A stretch of DNA of 64,000 nucleotides. Source: Eledone cirrhosa (taxonomy: Eukaryota). The translations under genes and the position numbers were made by a program. A model generated the notes under the pieces. It was given only the letters and a program-made list of their open reading frames with translations. It was not told where the DNA came from and made no database searches. Below, piece by piece: positions 19,227 through 34,146 of the stretch. The first letter of the stretch is position 1, and each line of letters starts with the position of its first letter. Where the stretch lies: NCBI GenBank assembly GCA_964016885.1, contig CAXHJY010000254.1:1-64000 (forward strand), read 5' to 3'.

Positions 19227-22200
19227 CCTGAAATTTTATTAATCTCCTATACAGTTGAGCAACTAATTCAGCATACGCTTCTAAAATGGAAAGGCACCAA
19301 TTGGATATGTCGTTAAAAAACATACCTATTCAGGCAAAAAGGGAATATATTCTAGGTATGATACGAAGGACCAATGATTTTATTCGACGAATCAGATGGA
19401 AAACATTCCATTTTGACAAAAGCCGTATAAACCAAACATCGGATCTTAACAAGGATAAATTTGGATTTAAATCTTACAAGAACCCACCCTCAAACCCACT
19501 TTTGGATGCATTTGAACAAGACCTAATGGATATGATCATGGAGATCAAATTTACAAAACGTAAGAACAATAAACTACAGAATGACATCACGGCACTGCTC
19601 AATAATCTAAAAAACGCCAATGGAGTTATTGTTAGAGCAGACAAAACATCAAACGTATATACCATGGATGTGGACACTTACAATAACTTCATCCGTAAGG
19701 AATTGCATAAAAAATACAGGAAAACTAATGAAGCCACACTTAAAAACATCAACAACTCGGCATGTGATATTGTTAAAAAACTTTGTATTGACGATAGAAC
19801 GCAACCCTTAACACCAGCTATACCATCCTTCAACCTGAAGGACCACAAGGTAAACTTCGATACTAACCCTAATATTAGACTTATATGCCCCTCTAAATCT
19901 GATATAGGTAAAATTAGCAAATATATACTAGACAGAATTATCCCCAAGTTAAGGTTAAAGTAGAGATTAAACTATGGGGTAACACTCATGAAGCAATAAG
20001 ATGGTTTAACAACATTACTGATAAGAAAAAATCAAAATTTATTCAGTTTGATATTGATGAATATTATTCCTCAATTTCACCTGATACTCTACATGAAGCT
20101 CTTTCGTTCGCTAAGGATAATTCCGACCTTACGGATGCTGAAATTAAATTATTATGGAAGCGAGAAAAACTATAGTTAAATTCGATGATAGCTACTGGGT
20201 TCGCAAAGATAGACCTTCTAATTTTGATATCACTATGGGTTCTAATGATTCGGCGGAAGTAACAGATCTTGTGGGAATTTATATCACCCACAGATTACAA
20301 GGAAAATTCAAGGATCTCCACGGTGGAATTTACCGTGACGATGCGCTCCTATTAGTTAAGAATATGAATAACCAGAATTTAGAAAGGATGCGTAAAAATA
20401 TCAGAAAACTTTTTAAAGAACTAGGATTAAATATTACATTTGAATATAACCTCAAAGAGGTCAATTTCCTTGATGTTACTTTCAATCTCAATACAGATAC
20501 GATTAAACCGTTCCATAAACTAAATGAGAACCTTAAATATGTAAATACGAGTTCTAACCATCCACTCTCTATAATTAAATCCATCCCTAGAAATGTTTCT
20601 CTTAGAATCTCCCGCCTATCGTCCAACCAACAAACCTTCAAAGAACATGCCGAGTATTATGATGATGCACTTAGGAAAGCCGGTCACCTAGATAATATAG
20701 AGTATATAGTCAATGATCACCAAAACACCCAAAATAATTCACATAGGAGTAGAAATAGCACAGAATCACCACCATACATACACTACCGCAATAGACACAA
20801 TAATAGTCGCACACCACCAAACAGAAGGCGATGTAAGGAGTATATCTGGTACAACCGGTCTATAACAAATTTATTAAAACCAATCTACCCTCAAAATTCT
20901 TTCGATTAGTTAGAAAACACTTTCCAACATCACATAAATATAATAAAATCTTAAACCCTAACACCATCCGACTTTCATATTCAACCGCCCCTAATATTGA
21001 ACAACATATAAAAATGCTTAACGCAAAACGGTTGTATAAACGCCTTCCAACACATAACAATACACGTAAAACATTAGCTATAACATCACAAAACAACAAA
21101 CAACATCCTGTCCTACATAAGCAACCTCATCAACCCATCCATGGCAATACAACAACGCAAAATTGTAATTGCAACTGTGTCCAACCAGGAATGTGTCCGT
21201 TGAACAATCAGTAGTGTCTTGAACGCAACATCGTATACAAATGTACTATCGAATCGGATAGACAAAAGTGGTACTATGTGGGATCTACAGCCACCTCCTT
21301 TAAATCACGCCTTTATAGACATCGTTATTCGATAAAACATGAAAACCAGCGTTATGTAACAACACTCGCAGACAAGGCTTGGCAGCTGCGTGAAAATAAC
21401 CAACAATTTCACCTAAAATGGGATATAATAGCGTCTGCCCCCCCATATACCAATGGACAGGAATTTTGTAGATTATGTAATGTAGAATTATTTTGTATTA
21501 TGAAATCCAAAAACATTTTATTAAATAACAGAATAGAGCGATCGTTATACTGTAACCATCGCTTAAAATCTACATTTTCATATTATAATACTACCAGGAT
21601 TGAACGCCTGTCTCTATCCCCGTTTGATTGTCAAAATAGATATGAACATTCTTTATTAGTCTTAATTCTATCAACTCTTCTATTATTTACCTTTTAATAC
21701 AAACTGCTATAGATAAAATGAGATTTCTGATTTTTTGATTCAATTCCCTAGTGCAAATACCAGCTGACTACGAGCATTGATGTTATTTAGTAGCAATCGA
21801 AATCTCCCCCTTCCCCAATTGACACTTTATGATTAATACTACTGCACCAAATGACCAGCCCTGTCCACTGTCCAGTTGGTCAAGTAGAGATTAAAATCGG
21901 CACTCCCAAAATTCTTATTTAGATTTACTCATGGTATTCTCATTAAAAACCCATTATATACTTGTTTAGCAGTAAATTATTTTACCATCTGTCATATTCT
22001 ATCCCCTCTGTTCCTTCCTCTTTTACTAATATAAATACTTCAATTTTTCTGATTTTATCCAGTTTATCCAAAATCTCTGAAGAAGTGACAACTGATTATA
22101 CATTTGCTATCGAATACTTGCTAACATTATATGATTACGCAAGCAGCGATACATAGGTATTCGGTCTGTTACAGAAACATATGTCAATACCTAATAAATT

Positions 22201-22241
22201 CCTTTTTTAACAAAAGCACTTTCATTTATATTCATCCTTTC

Positions 22242-22242
<1 letters not shown>
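19225..22242 (+). mobile_element. PLE family A copy 3, inverted relative to copies 1 and 2
   Basis: ATG 19286, stop TGA 21601-21603, 3' UTR ends about 110 nt short of the copy 1 end and runs into the TA tract. Confidence 0.95.
19286..21603 (+). CDS. PLE RT + GIY-YIG polyprotein with four homopolymer deletions and a 3-nt insertion creating a stop at about 21212
   Basis: ORF pieces 19286-19963, 20154-20909, 21014-21214 and 21278-21697; 2318 nt +4-3 = 2319. Confidence 0.88.
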
Positions 22243-26466
<4,224 letters not shown>

Positions 26467-26468
26467 AT

Positions 26469-28607
26469 ACCGACACTGATAAGAAGGTAGCTTGGAAGTG
26501 TCACTATGAAAGGCTACTAAATGAGGAGAATAAATGGGAGAAAGACAGTCTCCCCCATATCGACCCAATAGAGGGACCAGCAGTGTTAGTCGAGGGGAGT
26601 ATAATAAGTAAGGCAATCAAGGATATGAAGACAGGTAATGCGGCTGGGCCTTCGGAAATAGTTGCTGAGATGCTGAAGGCATCTGGCACGGTGGGACACA
26701 CCATGGTCACTCGCATAGTTAACCATGTCGTACAGAATGGGGTTGTTCCGAAGGACTGGCATAGCAGCATCATTGTTAACTGTTATAAGGGTAAAGGAGA
26801 CGCCCTAGATAGGAGTAACTATAGAGGCATTAAATTAATCGACCAGGTCATGAAGGTCACGGAAAAAGTAATAGCGCAACTAATCAGAGAGAGAATTGAC
26901 CTAGATGAAATGCAGTTCGGGTTTGTGTCAGGCAAAAGTACCACAGACGCTCTTTTCATAGTACGACAACTACAGGAGAAGTTCCTAACTAAAGGTAAAC
27001 CCCTCTACTTAGCTTTTGTCGACTTGGAGAAAGCCTTCGACAGAGTCCCCCGCTCCATTATCTGGTGGGCTCTTAGAAAACTAGGCGTTGACGAATGGCT
27101 TGTGAGGGCTATACAAGCCATGTATAAAGAAACAGTCAGCAAGGTTAGAATTAACAACGAATATAGTGAAGAGTATAGCGTAAAAGTTGGCGTCCATCAG
27201 GGCTCTGTTCTCAGCCCCCTACTATTTATTATTGCCCTTCAGGCTATAACAGAGGAGTTCAAGACAGGCTGCCCATGGGAACTCCTATACGCAGACGACC
27301 TGACACTCATAGCGGAATCAATGGCCGAGCTAGAGAAGAAATTCCAAACATGGAAGCACGGCCTAGAGTCAAAAGGACTTAAAATTAACCTGGCTAAGAC
27401 CAAAGTTCTAGTTTGTAGGAAAGAAAACAAGGCGGCGGTCCCTTCTGGGAAATGGTCGTGCTCGGTGTGTAGGAAAGGCGTAGGTAGAAACTCCATTTTA
27501 TGTCCTAAATGCAAAGTATGGGTGCATAAAAGATGTAGTGGGATCACAGGTAAGCTAACTAAGAACATAGATTTTACATGTGGCTGGTGTTCTGGTGCAA
27601 TAAGTAGCAGCAAGTGCCCACAAAATACTAGCTCTTTCAATTGCGCAGAGGGTTCTATAGAAATAGTGGACAGCTTCCGTTACCTGGGCGATAAAATCAG
27701 CAGTGGGGGAGTGTGCTCTGAAAGTACTGTAGCTAGAGTCAGAACTGGTTGGAAAAAGTTCAGAGAGCTTATACCACTATTAGTTGCTAAAGGGTTCTCC
27801 CTAAAAATGAAAGGCAGGTTGTACGATGCCTGCATACGAACAGCAATGTTGCATGGCAGTGAGACCTGGGCATTGTGTGCAGAGGATATACGCAGACTAG
27901 AGAGGAACGAAGCTTGCATGCTCCGCTGGATGTGTAACAGTAATATACGTGAACGGCAAAGCATAAACGAACTAAGGAAAAAATTAGAGATAAGAGGGAT
28001 CAGATGTTGTTTACTCGAGAGAAGGCTACGTTGGTATGGACACGTGATGCGCATGAAAGTCGATAGCTGTATAACAAAGTGCAGGGCAATAAAGATAGAC
28101 GGTAGCCACGGAATAGGCAGACCTAGAAAAACCTGGGACGAGCTGATAAACTCCGACCTCACACACTTACACCTCTCCAAGACAATGTCACTGGACCGAG
28201 ACCTTTGGCGGTACTCAGTAACAGAGAAGACCCGCCTTGCCAGTAGGCATCTCTAACAAAATACACCCCGTCCCGCCACCACCCCCACCCATCCACACCA
28301 CCCCGTCCTATGTAAAGTTATGTTGGTGCCGCGCCATCCGGGCCGAAACAAATGAGATCGTGTAGGTGTCACGACAAAAAAACACACAGTCCACGCTGTA
28401 ATGTGGCCGTGTAGGCAACACGGTAAAAACCTCCCAGACCCACACTGTAAATGTGGTTGGTGTTAGGAAGGGCATCCAACTGTAGAAAACCTGCTAGACA
28501 GTCCTATGCGAGCAAGACAATCACTCTTGCCTCAAGTGGGACTACCCCCGTCCAAACCCATGCAAGCGTGGAACACGGACGTTAAACGTTGATGATGATG
28601 ATGATGA
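26469..28607 (+). mobile_element. 5'-truncated RTE-clade LINE with open RT frame (26469-28256) and (GAT)n tail
   Basis: NYRGIKL, QFGF, FVDLEKAFDRV, GVHQGSVLSPLLF, YADD, Cys/His finger CSVC..CPKC..HKRC..CGWC, RLRWYGHV, GRPRKTW; the endonuclease domain is absent. Confidence 0.95.
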
Positions 28608-28608
28608 T

Positions 28609-28649
<41 letters not shown>

Positions 28650-28692
28650 TATATATATATATAGGTATATATATATATAGGTATATATATAT

Positions 28693-28723
<31 letters not shown>

Positions 28724-28881
28724 GGTATATATATATATATATATATATAGGTATATATATATATATATATATATAGGTATATATATATATATATAGGTAT
28801 ATATATAGGTATATATATATATATATATATATAGGTATATATATATATATATATAAATATATATATATAAATATATATATG

Positions 28882-29013
28882 AGAATTAGCCGTCGAAACG
28901 GCTTGAGCTCAGCTGTCGGGGTCTTACTGGTTCCTATTACCCACTCTACTACCTCAAGTATTGAGTACTTTGGTGCGTTATGGTCCACCTGGTTCCTTAC
29001 CACATTTCCTTCG

Positions 29014-29015
<2 letters not shown>
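28882..29015 (+). mobile_element. Short pLTR-like island carrying the 3' half of a hammerhead; identical to 37187-37320
   Basis: GCCGTC-GAAA-CGGCT(TGAGCTC)AGCTG-TC-GGGGT; flanked by TA tracts; no CTGAnGA half. Confidence 0.6.
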
Positions 29016-29084
<69 letters not shown>

Positions 29085-29187
29085 TATATATATATATATA
29101 TATATATATAGATATATATATATATATATATAGGTATATATATATATATATATATATATAGGTATATATATATATATATATATATAT

Positions 29188-29218
<31 letters not shown>

Positions 29219-29231
29219 GGTATATATATAT

Positions 29232-29262
<31 letters not shown>

Positions 29263-29305
29263 GGTATATATATATATATATATATATAGGTATATATATA
29301 TATAT

Positions 29306-29336
<31 letters not shown>

Positions 29337-29358
29337 GGTATATATATATATATATAGG

Positions 29359-30926
29359 TATAGTAATAATAATAAAATTGAAGACTAAAATCCAAAGAGG
29401 GCTCGATAAGGAAAATATATATCAAATATATAAGAACCGAAGAGCAAATATAACAGAGCAAACCGAAGAGCAAATATAACAGAGCAAACCGAAGAGCAAA
29501 TATAACAGATTAAAGTTTAAGCAAAGAATCGCTGCTTTCACCCTTAACGGGATCTTCTGAAACTAACAAAGTCAATCTGTAAACGCCGAACTGGATATTT
29601 CAAAAAACATTGCAACCGGAGGAAGACAGGAAGACGATACTTTGGTTCATTGTGACGTTCGCTGGCAAAGAACGGGAAAAAACGAATAATACGTCATTAA
29701 TAGGAGCGGTGAAAAGCAATTACGCGCAAAGATAGAACCACGTTTATGGTATAAAAGAGGTCGTAGACTAATGTTCTCTAAGTGGTGCATAGAGACGTTC
29801 TCTGGCAATGAACGAAAAAACGAAGATAATAAGTCATATGTGGAGCGTGGAGAACAATAGCACGCAAAAACAAAACCACGTAAATGGTATAGCAGAAGTT
29901 GAAGACTAAAATTCTAACTAGGAGACCGAATGAATCTCCGCTACAGAGTTAAGAACAAAGTAAATAAATACAATACAGAAGTAATAGAAACAAATAAATA
30001 CATACACGCAAACAGATACGTACATACACAAGCATATGCACAACCTTACCATAGGTATACAAAACCACGCACATATAAATATGTGTATGTGTGTATGCTT
30101 GTGTACAAATAAATAAATAATTATATAAACGTATATAAGTAAATAAATATGTATATAACAAGCGCACACACATACCTACAAATAAATACACGAAGGTTCG
30201 GAGACGTAAGTCAACTAAAACAAGAAGTACACATATACACACACCCACCATACGTACGAACCTGCATACTCACGCAGACGCAAAACTCCCATATGCACAT
30301 AACCAAACCCTAAATACCAGAATAGTTAAAATTATACACCATAACAGTCAAATATACGTACGAGAAGGTATACATACCTTCACAAAACATACGGATAATA
30401 TATACTTACCTATGCAAATAAGTAAAGGAATAAACAAAACATATACTTAGCTCCCACATCAAGACGTAAAATATCCACGTATAGATCGTGCTATCCGTTA
30501 GGGTATAACGTGGGGCTGTAATACAGGAAAGTTTTGTGCAATTTATGTTTACAAGCCGAAATTGCCTCAGATTTTTTGTTTAAGATGTGGTCTGTGGCGT
30601 AGAGTATTTCCAGGGCCTCAGCGGCGCAGAGGTCACATGGTCTTTTATTTCCGTTATACGATCTAGCCCTAGCTAGGATCTCCCAGTGTAACTTATATTG
30701 GGTGTGGTTGTCTTTTAGACTCCAGATATAAGCTGAAAGTGACGTCATATTCCTTCTTAGAGGGTAACGAAAAGAATGGGTATGCATGTAAAGACGCTGT
30801 TTGAAACTATTGGCGGTTAACCCTATGTAGGCCCTACGGGACGTGGGTGTTACAACCTTACATTTGTAGACAATGTTACTAGAGAGGCATTTCCCGGATA
30901 GGGGACAGTCAGCCCGATTCCTACAA
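29359..30926 (-). mobile_element. PLE family C, 5'-truncated (GIY-YIG domain + 3' UTR/pLTR)
   Basis: ORF 30491-30934 [33 protein letters not shown], nearly identical to the C-terminus of 60261-61457. Confidence 0.92.
29514..29564 (-). ncRNA. Hammerhead-fold motif with variant core CAGAAGA (family C); copies at 41554-41604 (-), 42469-42519 (+), 59279-59329 (-)
   Basis: AGTTT-CAGAAGA-T-CCC-GTTAA-GGG-T-GAAA-GCA-(9 nt)-TGC-TT-AAACT; all three stems form. Confidence 0.7.
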
Positions 30927-30961
30927 ATTATCATTCTTCAAATTATCATTACTATATATAG

Positions 30962-31044
<83 letters not shown>

Positions 31045-31102
31045 TATATATATATATATATAGGTATGTATATATATATATATAGGTATATATATATATA
31101 TA

Positions 31103-33504
31103 TCTATATATATAAAAATGAATGTATGTTTGTTTGTTTGTCCAAAGATATAAACGGAGAAAGAGAAATCAACGTATAGACAAAGAGTGAGTGAAAGAGC
31201 GAGTGTGAAATTTTTTTAATTAAAGATAATTTCAATAGAATTAGTATTCTCTCTTTAATTTAATATAATTTCAATAGAATTAGTAAATTCTCTCTTTAAT
31301 TTAATATAATTTCAATAGAATTAGTATAGTGTCTGTTTCACATTACTTCCCTTCCACTCCCATTACAGGGAATTCTTTTTCAGCTAGCCCTTAACTAAGT
31401 GCTGTAATTTGATATCTTCATTTCGTCTGTCCTTATTTTCCTGACCTGGACACATACGTGGACCGACATCATTCCAAGAATTGAGAACAATAAACGGTCA
31501 AGTATGTGCCACTTATCGTGAAGCTTGCCAAGAATTAAATCTTCTTGAAAATGATGGACATTGGGACACTTCACTCGCTGATGCATCGAATACTGCTCGA
31601 CCAAAGCAAATACGCACATTATTCTCAATAATATTGACAACGTGCTTCCCATCAAATCCAAAAGATCTTTGGGAAAAATATAAAGACTACATGAGTGAAG
31701 ACATACGACATCGTTTGCGTGCAACAAATCAAAATATGAATATTCAATTCACACAAAATGTGTATAATGAAGCATTGGTTTCCATTGAGGTCATATGTTT
31801 AGCAATCGCTAACAAAACATTGGTACAATTGGGAATGCCTGCGCCGAATCGATCTGTAAACGACATTTTCGATCGTGATTTGCAACGAGAAACAAACTTT
31901 GATGTCGCCGAATTGGGTACATTTGTTCAAACGAATCTTCCCAAATTGCTACCAGAACAACGCATAGTATATGACCAAATTATGCAGGCAATTATAAGTC
32001 AAAGTGTCGGATTGTATTTTATAGATGCGCCCGGTGGTACAGGCAAAACTTTTCTCATTTCACTTATATTGGCAACTATACGATCAGAAAATAATATTGC
32101 ACTGGCAATCGCATCATCTGGAATTGCGGCAACTCTTTTAGATGGTGGCCGAACAGCACATTCAGCCCTGAAATTGCCATTGAATATGCAAATCGCTGAG
32201 ACATCAACATGCAATATTACCAAAAATTCTGGTATAGGTAAAGTACTCCAATCATGTAAAATCATTATATGGGACGAATGTACTATGGCGCACAAAAAAT
32301 CATTGGAAGCGCTTAATAATACGCTAAAAGATTTGAAAGGAAATGAACAGCTCTTCGGTGGCACACTCATTTTATTGTCTGGTGATTTTCGACAAACTCT
32401 ACCAGTTATACCGCGATCAACACCCGCTGATGAGCTTAATGCATATGTCTCAAATCATCAGTTTTATGGCGACACATACAGAAATTAACTTTAAAAAACA
32501 ATATGCGTGTACAACTACAAAATGACGCATCCGCTGAACGTTTCACAAAACAATTGCTGGATATTGGGAATGGGAAAATGGTAATCGATGATTCCACAAA
32601 ATGTATCACATTGCCAACAAACTTCTGTAGAATCACGGCAACCAGAGACGAACTGATTCACAAAGTGTTCCCAAATATTGCGCAGCATTACAAAAATCAT
32701 CAGTGGCCCAGTGTACGTGCTATATTAGCAGCCAAAAACACCGATGTCAATGCCATTAATTTCAGCATTCAAAACGAAATACCAGGCGAAGCGACAACGT
32801 ATAAGTCCATCGATACTGTAATGAATCAAGACGAAATTATCAATTATCCAATTGAATTCTTGAATTCACTTGATTTGCCAGGCATGCCACCGCACATTTT
32901 AACATTGAAAATTGGCGTGCCTATCATCCTTCTCCGAAACATCAATCCACCACAACTTTGGAACGGTACCAGACTTTCAGTGAAAAAGACGATGAACAAT
33001 ATCATCGAGGCTACAATTTTAAATGGAAAATTTAAAGGAGAAGATGTACTCTTGCCACGCATCCCAATCATTCCAACAGATACGCCATTCGATTTCAAAC
33101 GTTTGCAGTTTCCGGTGCGACTTGCCTTTGCAATGACTATCAACAAAGCACAAGGACAATCGCTACAAGTGTGTGGACTAAATTTAGAAAATCCATGCTT
33201 CTCACATGGACAGCTGTATGTGGCTTGCTCACGCGTCGGTAAACCTTCTGATTTATTCGTGTACGCACCTGAAGGAAAAACAAAAAACATTGTGTATCCA
33301 AAAGCACTTCAGTAAAACAAATTAAATGTTCTTATAACGAATTTTCTTTAAATTCGTCAGTCATTCAGTCATTTAAAGATAAATGTGAAAATCAAAAAAA
33401 TAGAAACTAAATTACAGAAGTTTTTAAATAACGATTAAAATGTTAATATTATTCTTTTCTAAATAAGCTTTTTAACACTGAGCGAAGCCGGGTAGCTCCG
33501 CTAG
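31103..33504 (+). mobile_element. Internally deleted Helitron retaining the PIF1-like helicase
   Basis: 5' A|TC start, 3' hairpin (ACTGAGCGAAGCCGGGT) then CTAG|T; helicase motifs DAPGGTGKT, WDECTM, GDFRQ, AMTINKAQGQ, HGQLYVACSRV; no Rep domain. Confidence 0.95.
31451..33315 (+). pseudogene. Helitron helicase, 5'-truncated, one frameshift near 32445
   Basis: ORFs 31481-32488 and 32503-33315. Confidence 0.9.
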
Positions 33505-33665
33505 TATATATATATATATATATATATAGGTATATATATATATATATATGTATATATATAGGTATATATATATATATATATATATAGGTATATATATATA
33601 TATATATAGGTATATATATATATATAGGTATATATATATATATATAGGTATATATATATATATAT

Positions 33666-33710
<45 letters not shown>

Positions 33711-34114
33711 TATATATATATATATATATATATAGGTATATATATATATATATATATAGGTATATATATATATATATATATATATAGGTATATATATATA
33801 TATATATATATATAGGTATATATATATATATATATATAGGTATATATATATATATATATATATATAGGTATATATATATATATATAGGTATATATATATA
33901 TATATATATAGGTATATATATATATATATATATAGGTATATATATATATATATATATAGGTATATATATATATATATATATAGGTATATATATATATATA
34001 TATATAGGTATATATAGGTATATATATATATATATATATATAGGTATATATAGGTATATATATATATATATATATAGGTATATATAGGTATATATATATA
34101 TATATATATATAGG

Positions 34115-34146
<32 letters not shown>
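33505..34146. repeat. (TA)n/GG microsatellite
   Basis: Directly visible. Confidence 0.98.

Noticed and set aside
13976-21603. Selenocysteine or programmed frameshift recoding in the PLE ORFs
   Set aside because: Breaks are copy-specific indels, not shared in-frame TGA codons or conserved slippery sites.
21760-21810. CTGACTA...CGAAATC in the family A 3' UTR as an HHR
   Set aside because: Core mismatch at G8 and no stem I or III.
27239-28180. Antisense ORFs over RTE, LINE, PLE and Helitron coding regions
   Set aside because: Shadow frames of transposon ORFs with no independent motifs.
29435-29509. CRISPR-like repeats
   Set aside because: Contiguous tandem repeats without spacers, in a eukaryotic context.
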